From Clostridia bacterium (lineage in GTDB: Bacteria > Bacillota > Clostridia > TANB77 > UBA1234): DNA of 64,000 bases. Below are positions 51,919-62,283 of the stretch, one piece after another. Each line of letters opens with the position of its first letter. Position 1 is the stretch's first letter. Both the position numbers and the translations under genes were made by a program. The stretch spans positions 4,148-68,147 of the forward strand of contig JAFXCN010000011.1 of the NCBI GenBank assembly GCA_017521465.1, in the 5' to 3' direction. The notes under the pieces are model-generated. The model was not told the DNA's origin. It searched no databases and saw only the letters and a program-made list of their open reading frames with translations.

Positions 51919-51947
51919 TTGACGGTGAAAAAATTAAGAAGTATAAT
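51919..51947 (+). promoter_or_regulatory. Sigma-A promoter for feoAB
   Basis: TTGACG-17-TATAAT. Confidence 0.5.
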
Positions 51948-51990
51948 AAAGTTAAATATGAAAAAAGTTTCATAAAAGGGGAGTGAATAT

Positions 51991-52242
51991 ATGAAAAAAG
52001 TTGGTGAAAAAAGTCTGCTTTCAGACTTAAAAGTAGGACAAAGGGCAAAAATCTTGAAGTTAAATGAGACTAACAAAGCAATTAGAAGACATTTACTAGA
52101 TATGGGAGTGACTCGAGATACAGAGGTGAAAATAAAAAAGATTGCACCAATGGGTGATCCGATTGATATTAGTTTAAGAGATTATGAGCTTTGCATTTCA
52201 AAAGCTGATTTAGAGAAAATAGAAGTGGAGGTTTTGAGATGA
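51991..52242 (+). CDS. feoA: Ferrous iron transport protein A
   Basis: FeoA SH3-like 'LKVGQRAKILKL'. Confidence 0.85.
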   Translation: MKKVGEKSLLSDLKVGQRAKILKLNETNKAIRRHLLDMGVTRDTEVKIKKIAPMGDPIDISLRDYELCISKADLEKIEVEVLR

Positions 52243-54350
52243 AAATAGGATTAGTTGGAAATCAAAATAGTGGAAAAACAACATTGTTTAATCTCTTAAC
52301 TGGTATGAATGCTAAGATTGGGAATTGGCCTGGTGTTACCATAGAAAAAAAGGTTGGAACAATAAAAAACACAGATTATGAGATAACAGATTTGCCTGGA
52401 ATATATTCATTAAGTCCATATAGCGTTGAAGAAGAGATATCAAGAAAATTTATTTTTGAAGAGAAGCCAGATGTAATAATAAACATAGTTGATAGTACAT
52501 CTCTAGAAAGAAGTTTGTATCTAACAACACAGTTATTAGAACTAGATACAAAAGTTATTATTGCACTTAATATGGCTGATATGATGGAGAAAAAAGGAAT
52601 CAAAATAGATGAAAAAGAATTAGCGAAATGTTTGGGTGCAAAAGTTATAAAAATTTCTGCATTAAAAGAGACTGGAATTGACGAACTAATAAATGAAATA
52701 AATAAAAAAGAAAGAAAGAATAAAGAACAAATAAAAATATATGATAATAATATTGAAAGTGTTATTAACGAAATATCAAAAGTATTGCCTAAAACTATAC
52801 TTAATAAGCGATTTATATCAGTTAAGTTATTAGAAGAAGATGAGAGGTTTAAAAATTTAAATACGGCAAACGTTAAAATGATAACTAAAACAAATTCACA
52901 AAATTATGATACAGATTTAGAAGAAATTATTGCAACAGAAAGATATAAATTTATAGAAGATGTAAAAAGCAAAACATTCAAAAAAATTAGAACAAGAGAA
53001 TCTATATCTGATAAACTAGATAAAATATTTTTAAATAGGTGGCTGGCATTTCCAATATTTGTCGCAATTATGTTTTTAGTTTATTATTTATCAGTTGGAA
53101 TTGTTGGAAGTTTCACTGTTGATTTTGTGGCTGGAATCATGGAAACATTTGGAGAGAATGCTGGAAATTTTTTAACCGGTATAGGAACTTCTGAATGGTT
53201 GGTTAGTTTAATTGTAGACGGTATTATAGCGGGTGTTGGGGCGGTTTTAGGATTTATACCGCAATTGATTATTTTATTTATATGTATTTCTGTTTTAGAA
53301 ACAACAGGGTATATGTCAAGAATTGCATTACTGTTAGATAAACTATTTAGAAAAATTGGATTAAGTGGTAAGAGTTTAATTCCGTTCATTGTAGGTTCTG
53401 GTTGTAGTGTTCCAGGAATAATGGGAACAAGAATAATAGAAAACAATGACGAAAGAGAAATGACAACAATATTAACACCTTTTATTCCATGTAGTGCGAA
53501 ATTACCAATAATAGCTTTATTCTCAGGATATTTCTTTGGAGAAAATTCTGGATTTGTATCAGCTTCACTATATTTCTTTGCAATAGCGGTAATTATAGTT
53601 AGTGCACTTGTTATGAAAAAACTTATTTATAAACATACAAGTACTACATATATATCAGAACTACCAGAATATAAATTGCCTAGTATAAAATATGTTGCTA
53701 AAGATGTGTTTGATAAAGTGATTGCGTTTATAAAAAGAGCAGGAAGCGTAATTTTAATTTGCTCTGTAGTAATTTGGTTATTATTATCATTCTCTCCAAA
53801 GTTTGAATATGGAGTAGATGTAGAAAATAGCATGCTTGCTTCATTTGGTAGAACAATATCTTGGATATTTTATCCAATGCTTGGTGAAAATAGTTGGGGG
53901 GCAACAGTATCTGCTATTCAAGGATTAGTAGCAAAAGAACAAGTAATATCTTCAATGTCTGTAATAGCCGGATTAGCAGAAGAAACAGAAGAGGGAAGTC
54001 AAATTTTTGCAAGCACAGGAATATTTGGATTCTTTACTGCTGCATCAGCATATGCATTTATGGTATTTAACTTGTTTAGTGCACCATGTTTTGGAGCAAT
54101 AGGTGCAATGCAAAGGGAACTTGGAGGAACTAAAAAAATGTTAAAAGCGGTTACATTCCAAACAGTATTCGCATGGCTTTTGGCAACACTTGTATATCAA
54201 ATAGGAAGTAGAATAGAGCGAGGAGTGCTTAGTATAGTTGATGCTATTATAATAGCATTAATACTTATAAGTATAATTACGATATTATTAAGAACAAGTA
54301 AAAGTAATAAATGTGCAGGATGTCCATATTGTGGGTCGTGTAATAAGTAA
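52239..54350 (+). CDS. feoB: Ferrous iron transport protein B
   Basis: G-domain 'GNQNSGKTTLFNLLTG'; polytopic permease domain. Confidence 0.95.
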   Translation: MKIGLVGNQNSGKTTLFNLLTGMNAKIGNWPGVTIEKKVGTIKNTDYEITDLPGIYSLSPYSVEEEISRKFIFEEKPDVIINIVDSTSLERSLYLTTQLLELDTKVIIALNMADMMEKKGIKIDEKELAKCLGAKVIKISALKETGIDELINEINKKERKNKEQIKIYDNNIESVINEISKVLPKTILNKRFISVKLLEEDERFKNLNTANVKMITKTNSQNYDTDLEEIIATERYKFIEDVKSKTFKKIRTRESISDKLDKIFLNRWLAFPIFVAIMFLVYYLSVGIVGSFTVDFVAGIMETFGENAGNFLTGIGTSEWLVSLIVDGIIAGVGAVLGFIPQLIILFICISVLETTGYMSRIALLLDKLFRKIGLSGKSLIPFIVGSGCSVPGIMGTRIIENNDEREMTTILTPFIPCSAKLPIIALFSGYFFGENSGFVSASLYFFAIAVIIVSALVMKKLIYKHTSTTYISELPEYKLPSIKYVAKDVFDKVIAFIKRAGSVILICSVVIWLLLSFSPKFEYGVDVENSMLASFGRTISWIFYPMLGENSWGATVSAIQGLVAKEQVISSMSVIAGLAEETEEGSQIFASTGIFGFFTAASAYAFMVFNLFSAPCFGAIGAMQRELGGTKKMLKAVTFQTVFAWLLATLVYQIGSRIERGVLSIVDAIIIALILISIITILLRTSKSNKCAGCPYCGSCNK

Positions 54351-54434
54351 TGAATTTATAGTAATATGTAATTGTAATTAATATATGAATGATGTATAAT
54401 GACATTAATTATATTATTGTATATAGGAGGAAAA

Positions 54435-55685
54435 ATGAAATTAAATAAAATAATAATTGCTATTTTAATGTCATTAATAGTAGTTTGGCTAATGTTGAAC
54501 ATACATAACTATATGGAGTTGAAAGATATAAAAAAAGAATCGGAAAACCTAAAATGGGAAATCGTAGATGAAACTATAGATCATACAGATAGAGAACCAG
54601 TGATTGATGACGTGCAATCAGAAATGGCAGAAGAAAATGCAGATGTTATACATGGCGAACCTGTTAATGATGAAAAACAATCAGAAATGGCAGAAGAAAA
54701 TGCAGATGTTATATATGTCGAACCTGTTAATGATGAAAAACAATCAGAAATGGCAGAAGAAAATGCAGATGTTATACATGGCGAACCTGTTAATGATGAA
54801 AAACAATCAGAAACTGTAGAAGAAAATAAAAACGATAATAATGCAGAAAAGCAAACTGGTATAACTGGAAATTTTATAGATTATTCAAAAGACAATATGT
54901 TTTTTGAAGGTGAATATGGAGACGTTGTTGGACCTGAAAACACTTTAAAATACACTTTATTAAAAGAAGTGGGATATTTTTCAAGTTATTATAAATGTTA
55001 TTTAAAAAATGAAGATGGTACAACTATTGAGAAAACAGATTTGTTAAGTAAGGACAAAACGAATCCATATAAGTATTTATTTGTTAATTCTTCGGAAGGT
55101 GATGGAAATTCGTGGGGATTTTTAGAATCAAATTATGATAAAATTCAAGAAAATACAGAATCGTATAGTTCCGAAAAATATGGTAATCTTAAAATTGGAA
55201 AATATGTAAAACCGATTGAAGTAGAACTTGCAGAACTTAGAATGTCGGATAGTTCGGTATATGATGATTCATATACATTAAATCAGAAAACGGCAATAAT
55301 GTGGCGTGTACTTGAAGAGAATGTAATATATTTGTCGGAAGAAGAATCAGAAGAAGAATATAGAAAATTTATAGATGCTGCATCTTTCTCTTTGACAGGC
55401 ATAAGTATTATGAATGGTGATAATACACGTGAAGAAGAATATAATAATCATGCAAGGGCAAAAAAAATATTAGTTACGATAGATAATAAAAATAAATATA
55501 TATTTAACTTGGAAGATACAAACAAGCCTCAGCTATTAGGAATAAATTACGAAAAAGAAGAAATTATGAATCCAATAAATATAAAAATAGAAGTTTTAGA
55601 AATATATCCAGGACTAAAAACAGATGATGTATATATAAATGAACTTGGGTTTGGCGTAGATTCTAAAAATATAGATTGGAGATAA
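54435..55685 (+). CDS. Membrane-anchored protein with 21-aa tandem repeats
   Basis: N-terminal TM; 3.5 x 'EPVNDEKQSEMAEENADVIHG'; RBS AGGAGG before ATG 54435. Confidence 0.5.
   Translation: MKLNKIIIAILMSLIVVWLMLNIHNYMELKDIKKESENLKWEIVDETIDHTDREPVIDDVQSEMAEENADVIHGEPVNDEKQSEMAEENADVIYVEPVNDEKQSEMAEENADVIHGEPVNDEKQSETVEENKNDNNAEKQTGITGNFIDYSKDNMFFEGEYGDVVGPENTLKYTLLKEVGYFSSYYKCYLKNEDGTTIEKTDLLSKDKTNPYKYLFVNSSEGDGNSWGFLESNYDKIQENTESYSSEKYGNLKIGKYVKPIEVELAELRMSDSSVYDDSYTLNQKTAIMWRVLEENVIYLSEEESEEEYRKFIDAASFSLTGISIMNGDNTREEEYNNHARAKKILVTIDNKNKYIFNLEDTNKPQLLGINYEKEEIMNPINIKIEVLEIYPGLKTDDVYINELGFGVDSKNIDWR
54594..54825 (+). repeat. 63-bp in-frame tandem repeats (about 3.5 copies)
   Basis: Near-identical 63-mers starting at 54594, 54657, 54720 and 54783. 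Confidence 0.7.
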
Positions 55686-55699
55686 ATTAAAATAAAAAT

Positions 55700-55737
55700 A
55701 AAAAGACCTGGTAGAGAAATTCTACCAGGTCTTTTTG
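55700..55737. terminator. Bidirectional terminator
   Basis: gacctggtaga-gaaat-tctaccaggtc followed by TTTTT. Confidence 0.7.
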
Positions 55738-55765
55738 TATTTTTATAATAAAATGTATAGATTAA

Positions 55766-56257
55766 TTAATCTTCATCGGATTTTGCAGTAGCCGTACAAG
55801 AGGATTCAACCTCAGGATTAAGACCAAGCATATCAAAGACATCTTTGAAGGTATCGCGAGGCTTTTCCTCGGGCTTGAGATCGTTCTTGATATCGTTGCC
55901 AACGAGAATTACGCTTTCAACAACTTGACCGATTCCATCCGCATTCTTCTCGATAGCATCGACAAAGCGCAGAATATAAGGCTTAAGACCATCATACATC
56001 TCAAGAAGTTCCCCAAAATCTTTAGCCTTATCAGTTTTGGCAATGATACCGAAAACAAACATAGCCATTGTTTCAGGCGAAAATTCTTCAAAAAGCTTAG
56101 TAGTTACACTCTTTACGGTGTCTGCAATGACGGTATTTTCCATCTTCTTTGCAGCCCGCTCGACAGGCTCAACAAGAATCACATTTACAAGCTTTTCAAG
56201 GCGCTCCTGAGGAATAGATTCACACAGGTCCTTACAAACGGCAAGAAGCTTCTTCAT
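55766..56257 (-). CDS. Hypothetical protein on GC-rich island
   Basis: RBS AGGAGG 9 nt before ATG; ~45% GC. Confidence 0.5.
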   Translation of the reverse strand: MKKLLAVCKDLCESIPQERLEKLVNVILVEPVERAAKKMENTVIADTVKSVTTKLFEEFSPETMAMFVFGIIAKTDKAKDFGELLEMYDGLKPYILRFVDAIEKNADGIGQVVESVILVGNDIKNDLKPEEKPRDTFKDVFDMLGLNPEVESSCTATAKSDED

Positions 56258-56300
56258 GATTAGGTTCCTCCTTTGATTTTTGTGTTAAGTTGTATAGTTT

Positions 56301-56522
56301 TTAACTATCAAATTCAGAAGAGTAAAATGTTTTGTATTGCTTTTGAAGAATTCTATGAGTAATAAATAAAATCCAATAAAGAATATTAGAAATCACTAGC
56401 CCAATGTGACAATTAAATACTACAAAAAGAATGAGTAGAACCAAGTAGGGAAGAGCTACACAAAAGAAAAATACAATCTCTTTACTAAAAGCATCTTTTA
56501 GCTTTGACAGAAAGCCGGTCAT
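56301..56522 (-). CDS. Small two-TM membrane protein on GC-rich island (start ATG at 56522)
   Basis: RBS AGGAGG 7 nt before ATG. Confidence 0.45.
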   Translation of the reverse strand: MTGFLSKLKDAFSKEIVFFFCVALPYLVLLILFVVFNCHIGLVISNILYWILFITHRILQKQYKTFYSSEFDS

Positions 56523-56666
56523 CAGTAATCCTCCTTTAGCGCATGCATGCTGCAAACATCATTTTATATTTATAAAACCAAAAATAACTAAATTAAGCAA
56601 AATGAGTATACAACGCTTTTGGAATTATGTCAATAAAAAAAGTAAACTTATTGAAAATAATTAATA

Positions 56667-57125
56667 TCAACTTATCTTTATATAACGTGCATTCTCGTAA
56701 GAATAGGAAGCGAAAGGACGATTTAATGCATCATGCGAATGTGTACATACAAAGGTATCTTTATTTTCTATTTTAGTTACAATTAAAGTATGAGAATAAA
56801 TGCTTTGCATAAAACTTAATTGTATTAAATCTCCTAATTCTAATTCGTTTTTTTGAATTATACGACCACGAGGTCCAGCACTAGAATTTTTAATTAAAAA
56901 ATTATATAAGAATTCTACACCAGTCCACGATGCAGATTTATGATTTGCATCGGCATAATACCAGCCATAGCCTTGGTAATTCATTTGTGGAAGACCTGCA
57001 TATAAACATTGAGAAATAAAGTTGGTACAGTCGCCACCTAATAAATCATAATTATAGTATTTTGGATTCCTTTTAAGAGCCCACTTTTGGGCATACGAAA
57101 TAGCATCTTTGCGATTATAGCTCAT
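56667..57125 (-). CDS. Putative amidase-domain protein (Amidase_6-like)
   Basis: 'GGDCTNFISQCL'. Confidence 0.6.
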   Translation of the reverse strand: MSYNRKDAISYAQKWALKRNPKYYNYDLLGGDCTNFISQCLYAGLPQMNYQGYGWYYADANHKSASWTGVEFLYNFLIKNSSAGPRGRIIQKNELELGDLIQLSFMQSIYSHTLIVTKIENKDTFVCTHSHDALNRPFASYSYENARYIKIS

Positions 57126-57276
57126 AACATCACCAATACATTATATGACGATAGGAAAGATAAGTTCAAAATGAGGTGTTTATTTTTTGTTATTAATAAA
57201 AATTTAATATAGTTGATTTAGTCGTTTTGTATTGATAAAATGATGAGGTAACAGTATTAAAATTAGGAGTTTCAAA

Positions 57277-57861
57277 ATGAAAATAGGAATTGATATAGAT
57301 GGTGTACTTAATGACATTCATGCTTTTATAATTGAATATGGAATTAAATTATGTGGCGAATTAGGAAAATATAAAATGGAAAATATCAATGCTCAGTGGA
57401 GCAAAGAAATGTTTGGATGGCCAACAGAGACTGCGCATGAGCTTTGGGATAAATATGGTGATGAGTTTTATGTGAGAACATCTGTAAGAGAATTTGCTTC
57501 GGAAGTAATAAAAAAATTGAAATTAGATAATAATGAAATTTATATTATAACAGCTAGATGCAATGGTGATGATTGGTTTCCAATTGGAATAAAAGATGAA
57601 GCGGAAGAAATTACAGTTGAATGGTTAAAAGAAAATCAAATTGCATATGACAAAATTTGTTTTGGTTCAAAGGATAAAGTAAAAGTTTGTAAAGAAAATG
57701 ATATTGATGTGATGATTGAAGATGATCCGAAAAATATTGATAGTTTGATAGAAAGTATCTCAACAATTATATTTGATAATCCATATAATAGATTAGATAA
57801 ATATAACAAAGTTGCGAGAGCATCTAATTGGAACGATATATATGATATGGTAAGGAAGTGA
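57277..57861 (+). CDS. HAD-superfamily 5'(3')-deoxyribonucleotidase-like
   Basis: 'IGIDIDGVLND' motif I. Confidence 0.5.
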   Translation: MKIGIDIDGVLNDIHAFIIEYGIKLCGELGKYKMENINAQWSKEMFGWPTETAHELWDKYGDEFYVRTSVREFASEVIKKLKLDNNEIYIITARCNGDDWFPIGIKDEAEEITVEWLKENQIAYDKICFGSKDKVKVCKENDIDVMIEDDPKNIDSLIESISTIIFDNPYNRLDKYNKVARASNWNDIYDMVRK

Positions 57862-57865
57862 TTGA

Positions 57866-58696
57866 ATGATAAATTTTACAAAAATGGAAGGGTTAGGGAA
57901 CGACTATATTTATATTAATGCAATTGAGCAAAATATAGATAGTCCCCAAGAATTAGCTATAAAACTTAGTGATAGACATTTTGGCATTGGGGGAGATGGA
58001 ATAATTTTAATTTGCAAAAGTGATGTTGCAGATTTTAAAATGAGAATGTTTAATCAAGATGGTAGTGAAGCTCAGATGTGTGGTAATGGAATTCGCTGCG
58101 TTGGTAAATTTGTATATGATAAAAAGTTAACAGACAAAACTAATATAAAAATAGAAACATTAGCAGGAATAAAAGAATTAGTTTTGCACGTACAAAATGA
58201 AAAGGTTGAAACAGTTACTGTAGATATGGGTGAGCCGATTTTAGAATATAAAAAAATACCTGTTAATTTAAAACAAGATGAAAAGATAATTTTGCAAGAA
58301 CAAGATAAAGAGTTTGAATTCGTATGTGTGTCAATGGGAAATCCGCATGCAGTTACTGAAGTTGATGATGTAGAAAATTTTGATGTTCAAAATTATGGTC
58401 CAGGATTAGAAATTAAATCTGCTTTCCCTGAAAAAGCAAATGTTGAGTTTGTACAAATAATAGATGAAAATACAATAAAAATGAGAGTGTGGGAGAGAGG
58501 AGCTGGCGAAACACTTGCATGTGGTACGGGTGCTTGTGCAACAGCAGTTGCATGCTACTTAAAAGGAAAAACTGGTAGAAATGTAACAGTTGAATTAATA
58601 GGTGGTAAGTTAAATATAGAATGGGATGAAAAGACGAATCACGTATTTATGACAGGACCAGCTAAAATTGTTTTTGAAGGAACTATAGAAATATAA
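57866..58696 (+). CDS. dapF: Diaminopimelate epimerase
   Basis: 'MCGNGIRC', 'LACGTGACA' catalytic Cys motifs. Confidence 0.9.
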   Translation: MINFTKMEGLGNDYIYINAIEQNIDSPQELAIKLSDRHFGIGGDGIILICKSDVADFKMRMFNQDGSEAQMCGNGIRCVGKFVYDKKLTDKTNIKIETLAGIKELVLHVQNEKVETVTVDMGEPILEYKKIPVNLKQDEKIILQEQDKEFEFVCVSMGNPHAVTEVDDVENFDVQNYGPGLEIKSAFPEKANVEFVQIIDENTIKMRVWERGAGETLACGTGACATAVACYLKGKTGRNVTVELIGGKLNIEWDEKTNHVFMTGPAKIVFEGTIEI

Positions 58697-58710
58697 ATTA
58701 GGAGAAAAAA

Positions 58711-59877
58711 ATGAAAAGATTATTACAAATTGGTTTAGATACATTATTACTATCGATAATACCAATTATAATATGGAACATAGTTGGAATCGTATTTGAG
58801 AAAAATCTAGCAACAGTATTTGCATTAACATATCCTGTACAATTTGTTTTTTCTACATTGCATTGTTTATTTGCTTCTGGTGCCAATATAACTGCTGAAA
58901 AAAGAAGAGATAAAAATATTGTATATACAAATATGTTAGTTGGATTACTAATAGGCATAGGGGTATTAGCTGTATTTTTATTCTATTCGAAACAATATAT
59001 AATATTTTTTAATTCGGATTACAGTGTGCTAAAAAACTTTACAATATATAGTATGATTAATATTTTTTATTCTTATGTTTTAAGATTGGTGTTAGAAAAA
59101 TTATATTACGAAAAAGAAAATAAGTTATCAAATATTATAAGTATTTCTTTTAATGTAGCAAGTTTAGTATTGTTTGCAATATTATCGATTGTTACTAGAA
59201 ATCAATTAATAACTATATATGGAGTAACTATTACGTTGGGAATAGCCTTAACTATTATATTTATAGCTAATATAAGAAAGTTTAGATTTACATTAAAATT
59301 AAAAGAAAATATAGAACACAGTTCTAGTGGAATTATTTCATGTGTTGGATTGTTTGTAACCTATTTCATTGGACTACACAATGAATTTTCTTTTGGACCA
59401 CAATATATATTGGTATCTAATTTTATAAGTCTTACAACAGACACCCAGTGGGATATGGCAGATGCAATAAATGTTACGACCAAAATTGATGCAAGTAAGA
59501 ATGAATTTAACATGAAACAAAGTTTGAAAAATGCATATCAATATGTATTTTTGTTGCTAGTATCTTCTTTGGTAATGGCAATGGGACTATACTTTTTATA
59601 TGAACCGGATATTATAATTTTATTAATTACATTTGGTGTTCAAATTATACATTTGTTATTATATGCGATTTATACAATTAGACTAGGATATATTCAAACA
59701 AAGCCTAATGAGATAAAAACAAACTTTGAAAGAAATGTATTAATAGGAGAAGCACTAAGAACATTATGTGCGTTTATGCACAATCCATACTGTACTTATA
59801 TTGGACAATTAGTTTCAGGCGCATATCAATATACATATACAAAAATTGTTTCTTTGAAAGTAAAAGAGATACAATAG
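58711..59877 (+). CDS. Polytopic membrane protein (~12 TM), possible flippase/exporter
   Basis: Hydrophobicity pattern only. Confidence 0.45.
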   Translation: MKRLLQIGLDTLLLSIIPIIIWNIVGIVFEKNLATVFALTYPVQFVFSTLHCLFASGANITAEKRRDKNIVYTNMLVGLLIGIGVLAVFLFYSKQYIIFFNSDYSVLKNFTIYSMINIFYSYVLRLVLEKLYYEKENKLSNIISISFNVASLVLFAILSIVTRNQLITIYGVTITLGIALTIIFIANIRKFRFTLKLKENIEHSSSGIISCVGLFVTYFIGLHNEFSFGPQYILVSNFISLTTDTQWDMADAINVTTKIDASKNEFNMKQSLKNAYQYVFLLLVSSLVMAMGLYFLYEPDIIILLITFGVQIIHLLLYAIYTIRLGYIQTKPNEIKTNFERNVLIGEALRTLCAFMHNPYCTYIGQLVSGAYQYTYTKIVSLKVKEIQ

Positions 59878-59893
59878 AAAAAATAATTGTTAA

Positions 59894-59954
59894 GCCAGTG
59901 TGGACGGACTCTTTGGCAGTCAAAATAGCTGCCAAAGAGTCCGTCACCACTGGC
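59894..59954. repeat. REP-like repeat, copy 4: two inverted GGACGGACTC units forming a 26-bp-arm palindrome
   Basis: gccagtgtGGACGGACTCtttggcag-tcaaaata-ctgccaaaGAGTCCGTCaccactggc between convergent genes. Confidence 0.6.
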
Positions 59955-61457
59955 TTATTCATCAGCTTTCTCTAGATTTTCAATTGCAGGTTCAGAAATT
60001 ACTTTTCCGTATATATCATATCTCGAACCGTGACATGGACAATCCCATGTTCTTTCGATATTATTAAAACTAAGTTCACAACCTAAATGTGCACAAACTG
60101 GTTTTATAAAAAAACAATCTCCATTTTTATCGCGATAAACTCCAATTTTTTTTCCATCCATTTCAATAATTTTTCCTTCATCTATCCCGACATCTTCTAA
60201 CGTGTCAGGAGAAATTTTTAATTTATTTATAACAAGTGAATACATAGATTCTTTTATCATGTTTCCAAGTTCTTCATGATTTTTTATAGGTTCTAATCTG
60301 GTGGCTTTGAACAAATCCTCATATTTATTTTCTTTTCCTAAAATTTTATCCACAATTATATGACTTGCAATATTAGAAAATGCGATACCCCATTTTTTAA
60401 ATCCGGTGGCAACATATAAGTTTGGCATTATTGAAGAAAAATCTCCTATATATGGAATTTTGTCTAGTGAGATACAATCTTCGGTACACCATCTATATAA
60501 AACTTCACTTTTAGGATATAATTCTTTTGCTTTGTTTTCTAATAATTCATACGATTGTTTCAAATCAATTTTTTCGCCAGTCTTATGATCACTCTCTGCA
60601 ATAATTAATAATTTTTTATCATTATAAGGCGTAGTTCTAAATGAATAAGTAGGCACCGTACTATTTATATACATCCCTTCTGGTAAATCACATTTAGTAT
60701 CAACTGCAATTACATAAGACATGCTTTGATACATTTTCAAAAAATAGAATCCTGGGAAGTTAACAATAGGGTAGTGGGTTGCTAAGATAACGTGTTTAGC
60801 ATGTACAATATTATCGTTTGCAAAAATTATATATCCATTGTCTTCTTGTTCAATTTTAGTTACAATAGTATTCGTATAAAAATCAATACCTTTTTTAGCC
60901 GCAATGTTGCATAAGGCGAGTGCATATTTTCTTGGATTAAATTGTGCTTGATTTGAAAATTTGATTGCACCTAAAGTTTTGATAGGTAGTGGTGTTTCTG
61001 ACACTAACTCACAATCAAAATCGAGAGATTTTACAGCTTCAACTTCTTTTTTTATATCTTCTAATTCTTCTTCAGAATATGCATAAACATAACTATCTTG
61101 AATAGAAAAATCACAGTCAATTTTTTCTTTTTCAATAATATCTTTTATATTTTGCTTTGCATCTTCGTTAGCTTTCAAATAACCCTTTGCAAAGTTTCGC
61201 CCTTGAGAATTTATCAAATAATCATAAAAAAGATTATGTTGGGATGTTATTTTAGCTGTGGAATTTCCACTAACATGTGAACAAATATTATCTCTTTCTA
61301 AAACGGCAACTTTTAAGTTGCTATCTGAAAGCAAATATGCGCTTGTAATGCCGACTAAACCGGCGCCAATAATGCAAACATCAACTTCTATATCATTAGA
61401 TAATGATGGATACTCTTTTTCTAAATGTTTAGTTGATTCTATCCAATAAGAACTCAT
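59955..61457 (-). CDS. FAD-dependent oxidoreductase with C-terminal Rieske [2Fe-2S] domain
   Basis: 'VCIIGAGLVG' Rossmann; 'CAHLGC...CPCHGS' Rieske. Confidence 0.8.
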   Translation of the reverse strand: MSSYWIESTKHLEKEYPSLSNDIEVDVCIIGAGLVGITSAYLLSDSNLKVAVLERDNICSHVSGNSTAKITSQHNLFYDYLINSQGRNFAKGYLKANEDAKQNIKDIIEKEKIDCDFSIQDSYVYAYSEEELEDIKKEVEAVKSLDFDCELVSETPLPIKTLGAIKFSNQAQFNPRKYALALCNIAAKKGIDFYTNTIVTKIEQEDNGYIIFANDNIVHAKHVILATHYPIVNFPGFYFLKMYQSMSYVIAVDTKCDLPEGMYINSTVPTYSFRTTPYNDKKLLIIAESDHKTGEKIDLKQSYELLENKAKELYPKSEVLYRWCTEDCISLDKIPYIGDFSSIMPNLYVATGFKKWGIAFSNIASHIIVDKILGKENKYEDLFKATRLEPIKNHEELGNMIKESMYSLVINKLKISPDTLEDVGIDEGKIIEMDGKKIGVYRDKNGDCFFIKPVCAHLGCELSFNNIERTWDCPCHGSRYDIYGKVISEPAIENLEKADE

Positions 61458-61626
61458 AAACCCCTCCTAATAAGTTATATGAAATTAGTTTTTGAATAAA
61501 TTATAAAATTATTCGTAAAATGCTAAAGAGCTTGTGTAATAAAAATATTTGAAGTAATAATTGAATATATATAATGAAAGAAAGTGCCAAAGGGTCTTTG
61601 ATTTTGGATTGAAAAGGAGCAGTGAT

Positions 61627-62187
61627 ATGGGAATATTAGAGATATTATTAATTGCAGTTGGTTTAGCGATGGATGCTTTTGCAGTTTCGGTTTGTAAAGG
61701 ATTATCTTTAAAACAAATGGAATGGAAAAAAGCTGTTATAGTTGGATTATACTTTGGAGTATTTCAAGCATTAATGCCGGCTATAGGATACTTTTTGGGT
61801 ACGACTTTTGAAAGCTTAGTAACACAAATAGATCATTGGATAGCTTTTGTGCTATTAGGGTTTATTGGTATAAATATGTTAAAAGAAGCTTTTGATAAAG
61901 ATAATGAGGAAAGTAATGATAAAGTTGATTTAAAAACTATGCTTGTATTGGCAATTGCAACAAGTATTGATGCGTTGGCCGTTGGCATAACATTTGCATT
62001 TTTAAAAGTAAATATGCTGTTAGCAACTTTGTTAATAGGGATTATAACATTTGGGCTTTCGATAATAGGAGTAAAAATAGGTAATAAATTTGGTAATAAA
62101 TATGAAAAAAAAGCAGAAGCAACAGGTGGAATAATTTTGATATTAATGGGAATAAAAATATTATTTGAACATTTAGGTATTGTTTAG
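61627..62187 (+). CDS. mntP: Manganese efflux pump MntP (two DUF204 repeats)
   Basis: 'LAMDAFAVS' and 'SIDALAVG'; RBS AAGGAG before ATG 61627. Confidence 0.8.
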   Translation: MGILEILLIAVGLAMDAFAVSVCKGLSLKQMEWKKAVIVGLYFGVFQALMPAIGYFLGTTFESLVTQIDHWIAFVLLGFIGINMLKEAFDKDNEESNDKVDLKTMLVLAIATSIDALAVGITFAFLKVNMLLATLLIGIITFGLSIIGVKIGNKFGNKYEKKAEATGGIILILMGIKILFEHLGIV

Positions 62188-62283
62188 AGTAGTTATAACG
62201 AGTGGTCAGGGAAAATGATTTTTATAGTAAAAATATCTTTTTTCTGTTAGAATGATAACGAAAATAAAAGTCGGAGGAGAAAA

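Noticed and set aside
53084-53446. 120-aa minus-strand ORF inside feoB
   Set aside because: Antisense to a well-supported polytopic permease domain
54594-54825. Possible CRISPR array because of the regular 63-bp repeats
   Set aside because: The repeats are contiguous with no spacers, in-frame and coding; no cas genes are nearby
61460-61626. Expected a yybP-ykoY Mn2+ riboswitch upstream of mntP
   Set aside because: No GGGGAGUAG or UGACAUA-type conserved blocks are visible; only an AT-rich leader with an RBS. A covariance-model search would be needed to be certain
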